From: Eledone cirrhosa
Lineage: Eukaryota
Assembly (NCBI GenBank): GCA_964016885.1
Contig: OZ024742.1
Coordinates: 124,124,001-124,188,000 of the forward strand
Direction: 5' to 3'
DNA length: 64,000 bases
Shown here: positions 1 to 13,506 of the stretch, one piece after another
Position numbering within the stretch: the first letter of the stretch is position 1
How the letters are laid out: each line of letters opens with the position of its first letter
The notes under the pieces: generated by a model
Seen by the model: only the letters and a program-made list of their open reading frames with translations
What the model was told of the DNA's origin: nothing
Database searches by the model: none
Position numbers and translations under genes: made by a program

Positions 1-561
1 CACAATTTGGCTTACTGTTTCTTTATAGAGCCTTGCAGGATATGGGATATTGGCCGTGGGGGCCTTTTCTCTCCATTGTCACTTTAGTATATTTTATAAT
101 TACATTTTAATTTTTCATTTATTTGATATTTTAGCATTTTTATTGTGTCACTTTTATTTCCTAATTTATCCCTTCCTTCTATATAGAAAAATTCCTTTTT
201 TTTTATTGAGCTTTTTATTTGGTTATTTATTGCAATTACCTGAATTTCTCGAGAAGCATATAAGTATTTATTCCACTAGGAATGTTCTTATATATATTAC
301 ACCTTATGTAGGGGATAGTTATAATCCTTCTACATTTGAATGGAGGAGGTGGTTTCGGTACAATGTCACTAGATTTTGTTCTATTTCATTTCTTTAATAT
401 CTTTAATCTAAATGTTTCACCGTTTCGTTTTGTCATGTTAACGGTTTTAGTTTATACCTAATGTTACCACCATATCAACATACTCTAAATGTTATGTGAC
501 ATTCAATTAATAATGAATGATGGCAATAACTACTGAATCAATTTTAAATAACAAAGATAAC

Positions 562-568
562 AATAGTA

Positions 569-622
<54 letters not shown>

Positions 623-645
623 TAATAATAGTAATAATAATAATA
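562..645. repeat. (AAT)n microsatellite, 5' flank of an R4/Dong-like fragment
   Basis: Visible aat repeats directly upstream of the LINE fragment. Confidence 0.95.
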
Positions 646-965
646 ACGAGAGTGCAAGAGAAGGAGAGGGAGAAAATTAACCGATACCAGGACTTAAAGT
701 GGGAGGTAAAAAGGATTTGGAACTGCCATGAAGTCAAAATGATCCCGATTGTCATAGGCGCACTGGGGACTATCTCAAAAGGTTTCCAGGGATGGTTAAA
801 GAAAATCGGCCCCTTCACGCTTTTTGGAACGCTTCAAAAGGCATGCTTGCTGGGAACAGCAAGAACTGTCCGATACGTCCTGAATATCTGAGGCTGCAGG
901 TAGTGGCTTGATATTCATTCCAACGGACTTTCCAGTTAACTAACATCAATGACTGTGATTCAAGG
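646..965 (+). mobile_element. 5'-truncated R4/Dong-like non-LTR retrotransposon: C-terminal restriction-like endonuclease end plus 3' UTR
   Basis: Translation RVQEKEREKINRYQDLKWEVKRIW..IPIVIGALG..LQKACLLGTAR; followed by an (AAT)n tail at ~968-1003; near-identical to 34045-34345 (minus). Confidence 0.85.
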
Positions 966-967
966 TA

Positions 968-998
<31 letters not shown>

Positions 999-1004
999 AA
1001 TAAT

Positions 1005-4000
1005 GATTTCATTTATTAGCCACAAGGGCCGACATGTAGGGGTCAATACAAAGACAAGTATCGTGGGGGTTTACAATAAGGTCGAGTAAAAGTGAACAAT
1101 GGCAAGACTAATTTAATTTAAAAAGGAAGATGTAAAAATATAGAATAAACTATGCATAAATATAACAAACTAAATTCCCCGATAGGGGGTAGACGACCCT
1201 GGGGTCTCTCACGTGCCCCACCAATCCTGAACCACCCTGCGCTTATAGGGTACCCAGGGAGAGCACCCCTCTCCTCAAGTTAGCTAGCCTATAGGCGCAT
1301 AGTCAGAGTAGGCCAATTCACACGGGCCATTTTCGCCACATTTCATCCACCTTTTAGCAAATGTACTGGGGGGCGGAGGGGGGGCATCACTTCTCTCTCG
1401 ACCCTCACCTTACTTTCCAGGTGAAACTTGAAGAAGTTGATGAGGGATTGACGAAGAGAAAAGTGTCTGTCTTCAGTCCTTTTAATCTGGTCCACCATAT
1501 AACCTCTTTCTCAACTGCCACCAGACAGAGGAAAATGTCTTGCTCTTCCTGACCTAAGGAATGCAGCGTGTCGATCTCCACTATGGACTCGGCCGATCGC
1601 CGGATTTGTTCCACAAGCGACAGTAGCTGTTCGACATAACACCACAAGTCAGTAATGCACGGACATTGGACAAGTGCGTGCAGAACGGTTTCGTCGTTCT
1701 GTGCGCATCTTGGGCAGGTCCGTCTGACAGCACTTTCGTGCCTGTAGTGTTTATCCCGAACCGGCAGTGCCCCCCGGTAGCACTGCCAAGCAAGGCATTT
1801 CTGGAAATGGTCCATCTTCCTCGGCTCGAAAGTCCTCCGGTACAGACTTGTCTGTTCGACTTCGTCGAGGCGCAAAGCTTCTCCGAGTGCGTCATCGCAC
1901 TTGCCCACCACTAATCCTCTATAGAACTCGAGAGGGGAAGTTGCACTGATCGCATTGCCCGCTTGGTAGAGGAGCCAGTCACCCAGTCTCGGTCTATTCT
2001 TGACCCATGACTGCATCTCAGTCAAGAAATGAGCTGCGGAAAGGCCCGTCTCATAAACGGCGACAACACCTGTTCACCTTTTACGCAGAATATCTGGAGA
2101 TGTCGCTGCCTCAACGCATGTCTGCGCATCATTAGCCACGGCATGCCCAGCCCTCTGCGTAGAGGGTACTGGCATCAGATAGACCGCCTCACCAACGGAA
2201 CATTTCCCCTCAACAAGAATTGGAAGAGGAGCCGTTCCAACTTGACGAGGCGCGGACAGGGGCAAGGCACGACGGTCAGGCGGTAGTAGATGACAGACGC
2301 GATGTTCGCATTCGCCACATCCGCGCGACATTTCAGTGATAGCTTCCTCCAAGCCCATTTTTGGGTGAGACTGGCTACTCTACTCGTTACCTCGTCCCAA
2401 TTATTTTCCAGCTGGAAGTCTGGTCCGAACCAAACCCCGAGCAACGGTACCGCCCCGTCCGTCCAGCGCCCCACGACGCTGTTGGACCACATGGGCTTGC
2501 CTCTCCTGGTTCCGAGCTGCAAGCCCACCGTCTTTTCCGGGTTAAGTTTGGCTCCTGTCAACCTTTCATATTCCTTCAATAAGGTGCCGACCACCTCGAT
2601 TTCTGAGGTGTTCGACACCATCACGGTGATGCCGTTCGTATAAGCCGACACCGCCTTTCCACGTCCCGGTTCGAGCAGGATACCTGCAACAAATCCAGCT
2701 TCCACAGGCTCGAGAGTCAATACGTACAGAAGAGAAGAGAGAAGGCACCCTTGACGGCGCGATCGGGAGAGCCGAAATGGTTCCGAAAGGTGGCCATTAA
2801 CCTTGACCACCGAGCGTGTGCCGCTGTGCATTGCAGCGATCCAGCTTCTGAAGACAGGGCCGACCGAAGCCAGCTGCTTTGAGGACAAACTCCAGATTCC
2901 CGTTTTGCTGCCAGTTGCAGTAGAGTGCTTCGAGGAGTTCGGAGAACAAGTCTTTCATATTAACGTAAAGCTTGTAGGGCAGACCATCCAAACCGGGTGA
3001 CTTCAAGTAATTGGCCTTTCGCAGCGCTCAGCGTCGACTGTCGAGATGCGCGGCAAGCCGTCAAGGTAGGGACTGAAATCCGCTACTCTCTCTGACACGC
3101 CACTCTCCCCGAAAAACCGAGCAAAGTGCTGGCGAAAGGCCTCACACATCCGCTTGGAATCGCTTATCTCGAGTCCGTCTCGGTCCGCCAAAGACCGAAT
3201 TGTGGTTTTATTACCACGCTGCGCCTCCGCCACACGGACCCATCGAACAGCTTTGGTTCCCTCGTTTCTCAGCGCACGCGCCATAGCTCTGGCAATGCAA
3301 CCTTCGTGTTTCGCATTGAAGAAATGGTCCAATTCCATTCCTGCCGTTAGCACGTCAGTTGCACGCCGTTAGAACCGGCAGTGCCCAACCGGTAGCACTG
3401 CCAGGCGAGGGATTTCTGGAAATTGTCCATCGACCCCTGCTCGAAAGTCCCCCGGTACAGACTGGTCAGTTCAACTTCGTCGAGGCCCAAAACTTCTCCG
3501 AGTGCGTCATCGCACTTGCCCACCATTAATCCTCTATAGAACTCGAGAGTAGAAGTTGCACCGATCGCATTACCCGCTTAGTAGATGGCAGTGAGTGCTT
3601 GGAAACATTCCAGGTGCCAGTCACCCACTCTTCTCCTAGCCCATTTGACTGGCTACTCTGCTCGTTACCTCGTCCCAATTCGTTTCCACCTGGAGGTCTG
3701 GTCCGAACCAAACCCCGAGCAACTTTAACGGTCCGTCCGTCAATCTCCCCACGACGCTGTCGGACGGCATAGGCTTGCCTCTCCAGGTTCCGTGCTGCAA
3801 GCCCACCGACTTTACCGGGTTAAGTTTGGCTCCTATCAACCTTTCATATTCCTTCAATAAGGTGCCGACCACCTCGATTTCTGAGGTGTTCGACACCGTC
3901 ACGGTGATATCGTCCGCATAAGCCGACACAGCCTTTCCACGTCCCGGTTCGAGCAGGATGCCCTGCAACAGCTCCAGAGTCCGCAGTAAAGGCTCGAGAG

Positions 4001-4480
4001 TCAATACGTAGAAAAAGGATGAGAGAGGGCACCCTTGCGGAGCGATCGGGTCAGCCGAAATGGTTTGTCGTCAAAACGTTTGAGGACAAACTCCAGATAC
4101 CGATGGTCGACCCTATCGAATGCTTTGGATTGATCTAAATTGATCAGGGCATCACCGAAGCCAGGTTTACACAATACCCTCTCTATGATGTATCGCATGA
4201 GGTGGAGATTGTCGTGTATGGACCTGGAAGGGATTGCGCAAGTTTGCGCCTCCCCAACCAAATTCTCGACGACAAGAGCCGATCTCTTTGCTAACACTTT
4301 GGCCAAAATCGTAATCTCTGTGTTGAGCAGAGTTATGGGCCTGAAGTTGACTACTGTATCCCTTTTTGTTCTCGTCTTTCCTTATCAGCGTCAACACTCC
4401 CCTGCTCATAGAACTGGGAATACTTCCATTCTGCTGCCAGTTGCAGTAGAGTGCTTCGAGGATATCGGAGAAAAAATCTT
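1005..4480 (-). mobile_element. Decayed, rearranged L1/Tx1-like LINE (RT, C-terminal CCHC region, 3' UTR)
   Basis: ORFs with KSPGLDGLP, LINLDQSKAFDRVDH, SAYADDIT, CPRC..ETVLHALVQC; 3' end cccttgtggctaataaa plus (ATT)n tail matches 28608-28645. Confidence 0.9.
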
Positions 4481-4610
4481 GACAGAAATAGATTCAGTCA
4501 CACCACTGATGCGAACTGCAAACACCTTGTGGAAACAACTGTCTATCCGGGGTTACATAACTTGATAGGGAGCCAATTAAATAATAATCACTGTGAAAAG
4601 GAATAATAAT

Positions 4611-4793
4611 AATTGTTTCTACTTTTGGCACAAGGCCAGCAAATACCCAGTGCATTACTGGTACTTTATTTTATCGACCCCGTAAGGATGAAAGGCAAAG
4701 TTAAATTCGGCGGGATTTGAACTCAGATCATAAAGGGCCGAAACTCTATGCTACAATTCATGGCCTCCGACCCTCTACCGATACTGTCAATCA
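4611..4793 (-). mobile_element. tRNA-derived SINE (family A)
   Basis: Reverse complement of the 30624-30806 family: B box GAGTTCAAATCC, core ttgcctttcatccttacggggtcgataaaataaagtaccag; older copy adjacent at ~4804-4920. Confidence 0.85.
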
Positions 4794-5489
4794 TAATAAT
4801 AATGGCTTCTGATTTAGGCACGAGACCAACAATATTTGAGGGAGAGGAATGTCGATTAAATTGACCCTAATGCATTAGAGGGCTTTAATTTATCGACCCC
4901 GTCTGGGTGAAAGACAATGCAAAACTGATGTGCAGGTCAACAAACTATTTCCGTTTGAAATATTTCTTTGATAGAAATGTAATCAACCATGCTGAATATA
5001 TGCGATGTTCATGCGGTTCATTAGGTTGCACCTTCAGCTAGGAATGCAAACAAACTACCAGGAATCTGCAAATACATTTTGTTAATTTAGAATAATTTGG
5101 ATTTTATAAAATATTTTGAATGTGATCCCGGTGGTATGCTGTTATAGATTTTTCAAGTAATTTATAAATTTGTTCTTACGAATATATGTCTAGTAGTATG
5201 ATATCGTTTGTCAAAAGATGTTCAGTTCATAAACGTGATTAAACAAATGTATATGTTCTATTTACCAGAGAGTTAATTTGATTGATCCTTTACATGAACA
5301 CCAATGATTATTCTGCAGTGACTAAACTAAAATTATTTTGTGCAATACATGTATAGTATATCGTGTACTCACATGAGAGGATGTCTCTCTAGTTGGGAAA
5401 CTATTACTTAGTCTTGATTTCAATGAATATATATTGATCAAGATTAAAATCGTGTGCCACAGCTATTATTGATGGTATTACTTGTTTCT

Positions 5490-5720
5490 AGCGTGGCTTA
5501 GTAGTAATGGTGTTAAAAGTACGGTCATAAAGTCGCACGTTTGATCCCTGCACAGAGTTATGTGTTGGGTCCTTAAGCATAACACTTAATTTCAAATTTT
5601 TGCGGTATACTCAACTGAAAATGAATACCAGCAATAGCTGGGGGCTTATCCCTCCGATGGACAGGAAAATTTAGTCTCACTCGCCTCAGGTCACGGAAAA
5701 TGCGATAAGCAACGGCTTGG
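5490..5720 (+). mobile_element. Decayed tRNA-derived SINE (family B)
   Basis: A-box-like gtggcttagtagt, B-box-like gtttgatccc, then a gtccttaagcataacactt core; related to 51030-51185. Confidence 0.5.
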
Positions 5721-7298
5721 TGATTTTCGGGCACGAGAGAGATTAAACTTATCAGAATGAATTTAGATATCATTTCATTTTTATAATAAATAATTCGTTG
5801 AAAAAGCATATGACATTTATTCTATTTAACATTCGATTTGGTCATCTGCATTTAGAGGAAGTGTAGGTCCTGTACTAAGGCATAATGATGATTATTAGAA
5901 TTTGCATCGCGTAGAACACTGTATTTGGACAGGGATACATTTCTCTTCGTAACAATAATCAGAATTTTATTTCACTACAATCAATTTCTGTTTTCGTACA
6001 GGGCACATATTTTGATATCTCAATAGATAAACCGCATTGCGACTTATATGATGCACATTCTGCATAAAAATTAGAAACAATGTAAATGTCTTTCTCATGA
6101 TTAGATATTTATTTCAAAATGATATTTATTTAAAAATGAAAATATAAGAATATTGATTAATTTTTTATGCATTTCCCAAAGGAAACATTGAGCAAGTGCA
6201 AACTACTTTGATTTAGTACAATATATAGATAACAGTATTTGACTGATAGTTTATAGTATTAGACACCATCAGAGTATGTGGTTATGTTAGCTCTTCTTGT
6301 AGTTATCTGTGAACGTATATTACCCAACAACATTATATGAAAAGGAGCTCAACATTCCCCAGTCAAGACGATCCACAACTATTATAGTTTGCATAAGTTG
6401 TGAGTGTTCCGAGGGTCAGTATTCACAGATACTATTTTAATCAAAGATATACATTTTTGATGCATAAAGATATTTGATGATAAGGAATTATTATTTCGGC
6501 TTACATTTACTTTCTTCCTCATTTGATGCATTTTTATCTTACCTCAGAAGCCAAATATTTACTATTTTGCCCTTTACCATATCAATATTTTATCTATAGA
6601 CAATATTATTATGGTTTTTATCTTGTTATATTATCCTAAATTATTCAGATATGTTGCAGTTTATTTCATTCATTCCGATACATCTGAAACTTTATTTCTT
6701 ATTAACGATTTGTATTTAACTTTAAAGAATCATTACGGTGACAGTACTTGAACACAGAAACATATGTCTACAACGATTACCTGTAGAATCAACTGAAGAA
6801 TGATATAAATTCATAGCTTTGTTCTACATTCTTATGCAGTTTCTAGTCTTAGGAATTGTCAAAACATATTTTCATGAAGATAAAATAAATTATATATGAT
6901 CTATTCTTAACGCGTAGGAACTTCAATTGCAATTAAATGTTTTGACAATAATTATTTCATGAGCTGAGAGTGTCATTTTGTAGAATTGCTGGTGCATTAC
7001 TTAACATTTTTCCTGGCATATTTTAGTCTAAATTAGTAATGCCTGTTTTCCTATGACATTCTCAATTCAGGATGTGCTAGTTACAGGATCAATCCAGTGG
7101 ACAATGCCAATGTATAAAAAATATACATTCATTGTTAGATATATATTATCAAAAATATCATGCCGATTCGTTCATAATTTAAAATGGAGAATTACCACAT
7201 GAACAAATCTGAACTAAATAGCTTGTCAGGGCATTTTCTGTCATTATGTATTTCCAGGGTACTACGGTGTCTCTCAATTACATCTATCTATCTATCTA

Positions 7299-7375
<77 letters not shown>

Positions 7376-7667
7376 CGTTATGCAAGAAATGCTTAGGGTT
7401 ATCCTGAGTGCAGTATGGTTAATTACTACACTAGATCTACTCTATCTCTCTCACGCCCTCGGTCTACCACACTCCCTCTCCACATCTATGAACCTGCTCT
7501 CTGTGGCAATAAATAATCTCAATCTTGACCACATCAACACAATGCGTAAGGGCTGGCACCTTGAGAGTAAACAGTATAATAAAACCCCTACCACAACATT
7601 TGTATTAAGCTATCTGTTTTCTTCAAACCACTCTCACCCACTTCTCCAACCTACATATCTCTCTCTC

Positions 7668-7699
<32 letters not shown>

Positions 7700-8405
7700 C
7701 CTCTCTATCTCCCCCTCTCTCTCTCTCCCCTTCTTTCTCTCTTCCTTTCTACTCTATCTTCTCCAATAACTTGCTTTAAGAAATACAAGGATATTTACAT
7801 TTTAACCATTCTGCTCTGAGGAAATGGTACTGACAGCATTTGAAAATTGAGTTTCTGCAATTAAATAATTATTAATTTGCACATAGCATGACTAGGCTGT
7901 ATAACTACTGTTGAAACATTTGTAAGCACTCGGAATAAATTACCTTTTAATGATGTCTACCTGTTATTATCCTTTCTTTATATATATATATATATATACA
8001 ATGTCACATTATATCGGATATATAAAGATATCGACTGGTTGACGAAAAGCCTTTGGTGTAAATTGAGCACTGAAATACTACGATTAGAAGTTTAAATATT
8101 ACTTAGATTACATTAGCAATATATTGTTTCAATAAATCATTACATAGCTTTAACACAATTAAATGGATAATTATTAATGTTAAAACTCCAACATTCACAA
8201 GTAAGAAGAACATCTCAATTATTTAGATAAGACACTAACTATCAATGATTAAATTTGAGTCAGGACATACATTCATGTCTTAATATGGATGGTGACTGAG
8301 CAGAGATCCTCGCAAGCAGTGAAACATCTTAAACGATATATTGACCAATCGGGTATGAATATACAACGTAAATATCGATACACACACACACACACATACA
8401 TATAT

Positions 8406-8695
8406 ATAATTGAATATATGAGAGAGATGAACACAGATATAAGTATACATGTGTTCCAATTGCAAATGACCAAGTTAGCTAGGTTGAACAAATACTAATT
8501 TGAAACAATATGGTTTGCCTGACTCGATTTAAAGTAATAAATCAATAAAAATAACAAACCTATAACGGGATATTGCCCGTTATAGGATTGTTATTGTTTT
8601 AAATCAGTATTTTTTAACCTAGCTAACTTGGTCATTTGCAATTGGAACACATGTATACTTATATATGTGTTCATCCCTCTCATATGTTCAATTAT
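8406..8695. repeat. Inverted repeat (~100-bp arms) with a nested ~20-bp-arm hairpin
   Basis: 8406-8509 is the reverse complement of 8592-8695; aataacaaacctataacggg/cccgttataggattgttatt at 8550-8595. Confidence 0.9.
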
Positions 8696-8772
8696 GTTAC
8701 ACGGCTCGGAAAGATTCCCTTCTTTGAGCTATTTAATTGTAAAAGACTATTTTGAGTTTCTAACCCAATCTA

Positions 8773-8806
<34 letters not shown>

Positions 8807-9214
8807 CGAGTGAGAGAGAAACAGAGAGAGAGATAGAAAGAGAGAGAGAGAGGGTTAGAGAGAGAGAGAGGGAGTGAGAGAGAGAGATAGAGACAGATAT
8901 ATCACCCTTTCTTTGGTAAGATCTATAACTCTCTTAGAACTCTATTTAGTACGAAAAGTACAAATTGTGATAAGGGTTTTGTTTTTGTAGTAGGTTATCA
9001 TAATAATGAAATTCGTTGAACATTCAAAGAAGGTAGGATTAAAACGAAAGGCAAAGTTTAATGCTTAATCAGGTTATTGTTCTGCAATTGATGAGACAAT
9101 ATATCAATATATTATGGTCAAACAAACTTCTGAAACGAACGTAAAACTATAAAGAAACCAAATACTATATTTCGGCTTCTGTATTCATTGTTCAATATAT
9201 ATATATATATGTGT

Positions 9215-9253
<39 letters not shown>

Positions 9254-9440
9254 TGTGTGCACGTATGTATGTGTCTGTGGGTGCGCACGTGCGCGCGTCC
9301 ATGTCTATTTGTGTGCGCGTGTGCGTGTGTGTGTGTGTTTGACGATCAAAACAAGATAATGTAATTAATTCTTTGAAAATACACACACACATATATGCAT
9401 GTATATATAAACATATATATACACACACACAAACATATAT

Positions 9441-9490
<50 letters not shown>

Positions 9491-10296
9491 TGTGATACAT
9501 ATTTCCATGACGTCAGTGGCCACACGGTTCGGTGCGCCATTTTGTATTTTTTGTGTTTTTTTATATTTTTTGTATTTTTTGTGTATTTTATATTTTGTAT
9601 TTTTTGTTTTGATTCATGTGATAGAGATATTCACTATGTATTTGCCTAACTACAACGTTTCATACTGTAATTTACCCTACGTTCTACTGCACGTTTAATA
9701 TATGGATAATATATCTGTAATATCGATCCTTCTTACTATAATATAAACATCTCCCTATTTATTAGTTATTATATGTACATATATTTTTTTACTTACTTCA
9801 ATCAAGATGTTAACTTGAATTTTTTTTTATTTTTTGATTTTTAATTTTTAGTTTTAATTTCAAATTCTCAATCATAATTTCCACATTGAAACCATAACAC
9901 CTAGAAATAAGTTTATATTCTCTTAGCGGGTGATGGTCAATCCTACTGTCCATGCTTAATTCAGGGGACCTATTGAAACTCACTCTCTCCCACCCCCACT
10001 AGCCTTCGGGGCCACTGCCACTGGCAGGGTGGCTAGCAGTAAACTATAAGCGTGTCATATTACAGATCTGGATGGGGTGATTGTTTGGTTGAGAAGGGGA
10101 CCTGCCTAGGCGAGATTCGTAGAACTTTGGGGGTAGTTGATGATCAACTTCCTTCGGACTTGCGCCTGCGCAGACCGGTGGGGGTGAATTGGGACTCACA
10201 AGGGAACGGGCGAAGAATTCAACAGCACACACTTTGTCCGTTCCCATGTCGATTCAATGTGGATTGGCTCGGAAACATAACCTTATTATGTAAGGA

Positions 10297-10371
10297 GCTG
10301 TCTGATGATGTCACGGCACTGGGCACACCGAAGCGTCTGGCCACTGTCGTCATTGAAATATGTATCACGGC
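10297..10371 (+). ncRNA. Type I hammerhead ribozyme motif
   Basis: gctgt-CTGATGA-long stem II-GAAA-tatgt-ATC-acggc; stem I gctgt/acggc; self-complementary ATATGTAT stem III (with G.U pairs). Confidence 0.75.
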
Positions 10372-10423
10372 ATTAACATTAAAGGACTTTAACATCTGAA
10401 ACTACTTCGCTGTTTCTTATTGG

Positions 10424-10460
<37 letters not shown>

Positions 10461-10589
10461 CTTAAGGTAAATATTGATGCAGTTCAATTCAAGCACTCAA
10501 CGTACTTTTTCCACATAGGAGTGACGGAGTATATATCCAATAAGAAACAGCGAAGTAGTTTTTAGATGTTAAAGTCTTTTAATGATAAT

Positions 10590-10664
10590 GCTGTGATACA
10601 TATTTCAATGACGACAGTGGCCACACGGTTGGGTGCGCCAAGTGCCGTGACATCATCAGACAGC
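10590..10664 (-). ncRNA. Type I hammerhead ribozyme motif (inverted copy)
   Basis: Minus strand gctgt-CTGATGA-...-GAAA-tatgt-ATC-acagc; stem I perfectly paired. Confidence 0.78.
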
Positions 10665-10776
10665 TTCTTACATATTAAGGTTATGTTTCCGAGACAATCC
10701 ACATTGAATCGACATGGGAACTGACAAAGCGTGTGCTGTTGAATTCTTTGCCCGTTCCCTTGTGAGTCCCACTATA

Positions 10777-10829
<53 letters not shown>

Positions 10830-10833
<4 letters not shown>

Positions 10834-10963
10834 TTGGTTACACAACAGTTAGTTCACCATACCGAGAACAATTGTTTCACCTTAGCGGATCCTCAGATGA
10901 GGATCCGCGAACCTGAAACAATTGTTCTTGGTATGGTGAACTAACTGTTGTGTAACCAATTCT
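10830..10963. repeat. Near-perfect palindrome centred on a hammerhead core
   Basis: Arms of ~65 bp; left arm on the minus strand reads CTGAGGA-tccgctaaggt-GAAA-CAATTGTT. Confidence 0.85.
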
Positions 10964-11025
10964 ACCTAACTCGTCCCATGAACTGAGTCTTCTATTACTA
11001 CGGATATTACCTTCCAGTGTTCCAC

Positions 11026-11068
<43 letters not shown>

Positions 11069-11081
11069 TATATGTATATAA

Positions 11082-11158
<77 letters not shown>

Positions 11159-12014
11159 TACATTCGAACCCTAAATAATGCACATAAATATACTAGTCTT
11201 GTCTACATTCTAACATTGATCTGATCGCGTTTAGATGATGAACGAGGTACGACACGGCTAGGGTTTACTGATGCAGAATCTAAATGTTCAGATTTCTATA
11301 AAGATATATTCTTTGATTATAAAATATGACATGAGAAAGTGCTTGCTGTGTCATTGTTTGCCAGCTATCTGTCGATATCTTGCAGTTTATGTGATTTGGA
11401 AGAGCAGCAGCCAGAATGACTAACAACACCATGGAAACCGCACCTTTTATAGCACTTGTTGCGGCAGTACTAATGGAGAAAACGTGAAGTACTTTGCATA
11501 CGATGATAAATATATCTCGCTATTCATAGCTGAATAAAAGCATAAAGTTAATAAACTTATAACCTAAAAAATACGACTTTAAATAATTTGATAATAAATA
11601 GAAAAGTATTTACAGAATTATGGTGATTCTGACACATTATTAAAAGCTTTTGAAAAATGATTCATGAACATCTAACAATGTCACGATAAAATTTATGCAA
11701 CATTTCACGCGGTATTTGGCGGTCTTTTGTTGCTTGCGCGGAAATCAAATTAATTGTCGTAAAGTAGTTTCTAATAGTTAGACTATAAATTTCACTAACC
11801 AAAGATAAGCCATGATGTACACATACACAGGATATTGGTCTCATCACAAAGACCATGTTATTGACGAAAGATTGAATAATTCCTATTTCTTCTTTGTAGC
11901 TCCAAGTAACATTTATAGTTAGAAATGTTCACAATATGTTGTATTATTATCAAGTAGATACCCATTAGGCGTCTAAATCTTGTTTCACTTTAGACACATA
12001 TAATATGTCTAAGA

Positions 12015-12508
12015 AGATTGCCCCACCATTTTCCTTTGGCCGGGAAGAGCACATTTCCTTCTATTTGGTGGTTGTAGTCAAAGAGTTTGTTTGGTAGACG
12101 CGAATGAAAGGACTGAAGGCAGACACTTTTCTCTTCCGCCGAACCCTCATCAATTTGAAAGGAAGGCAAATGTGGAGAGGGACGCGCTGGCCCCCAGGAC
12201 GTTTGTTAAAAGGTGGGTGAATGTAGCGAAGATGTTCCGAGTGAATGATTCTACTATGAGCATGCATCACTAGGCTGCAGAGTTCAGAGAGTAAGGCACC
12301 TTCCAAGAGAGCTCTTGGTGATTAGCGTTGTTTTGTACATTTTCTAAATTGCCACAGTTTGTCACTTTGTAGTATTTGCAAATTCTGTTATTTGTTTATT
12401 GGTAATTACCTGTTTACTTTTGTACGCGTTTATATGTAAATCCCCACTCCTCTTGCTCCCTTTTGGTGCACCTTATATTTCGGTATTAGTGGGCAATAAA
12501 GAATTATT
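12015..12508 (+). mobile_element. 3' fragment of an L1/Tx1-like LINE
   Basis: TRMKGLKADTFL and KRWVNVAKM match the C-termini of the other Tx1-like copies; ends aataaagaattatt; decayed SINE follows (~12510-12725). Confidence 0.75.
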
Positions 12509-13214
12509 GATCGGAAGTATCGGTAAGACGTCGGAAAACATGTTTTGCGTCATAGAGATACGGCCTTTTACGTTCTGAGTTCAAAACAAGCCAAGGTTAG
12601 CTTTGCTGTTCATCCTTTTGTGGTCGATAAAATAAGTACAAGAAACGCACATAAGATCATTTACTCGATGTTCCCTTCCTCCAAAACTGTTGCGTTGTGC
12701 CGAATTAAGAAGCAATTTGTATTGCTCTTGTTATTGTTATTATTTTGTGGCTGAAGAAAATGAAATAAATTTACCTCATGGGACATATCGAGACGGAAAG
12801 TAAATGGATACACATAAACCTTATCTTTATAAATCGGCATTTTATCTAATCGCACAAAATATCGGTATAGCATATTGTCATATTCCGAATGAAACAAACA
12901 ACATTGGGTTCATTGGTATTTTTAAAAGTAAAGTATGTTGTTTACAGTGTTTGATCCGTGATGATCAGGGAAATTTACATTACGTCTATGTATGAAATTT
13001 AGGATTGCAAGTGGTTTGTGAATTCTAGAACTGTACGGTAATAAAGTGTACTGTTTATGATATACGAACCAAGAAGCATGGAACATATATATTAACGTTT
13101 GAGTATTATATAATTCTGAATAGGTGCGTATGGCTATTATATCATTGACATCAAGGTTCTTCTCATATACACGTGTTTTCCGAATGTTTTACATATTTTT
13201 TAAAACATGCTGCT

Positions 13215-13408
13215 GTACTGTAACGAGTTTTACTGTTCAAACTATAGACTATTTTCGACATTTGCAAAATATGCTGCATATATATATATATGTGTGTGTG
13301 TGTGTGAGTGTGTATGTATATTTGCATCTCTATAGAAAAAATAAAATGCAGCATCTTTTGCAAATGTCGAAAATAGTCTATAGCTTAAACATTACAACTC
13401 GGTACAAT

Positions 13409-13410
<2 letters not shown>
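13215..13410. repeat. Inverted repeat (~65-bp arms) around a TA/TG spacer
   Basis: ctatagactattttcgacatttgcaaaa / ttttgcaaatgtcgaaaatagtctatag. Confidence 0.85.

Positions 13411-13506
<96 letters not shown>

Larger units (their letters stand above)
10190..10771. repeat. Fold-back element with ~240-bp arms, each carrying a hammerhead motif
   Basis: 10190-10428 is the reverse complement of 10531-10771; (TA)n in the spacer and at the right flank; partial third copy at 9489-9539. Confidence 0.9.

Noticed and set aside
1-400. Minus-strand IPYPARLY peptide reminiscent of an L1 ORF1 C-terminus
   Set aside because: Single short motif at the window edge with no supporting context
6793-6820. CTGAAGA followed by a small hairpin
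   Set aside because: No GAAA or cleavage triplet in register
11380-11490. Candidate host exon after ttgcag (similar one at ~58450)
   Set aside because: Stops in the frames examined or no convincing donor site, and no recognisable homology
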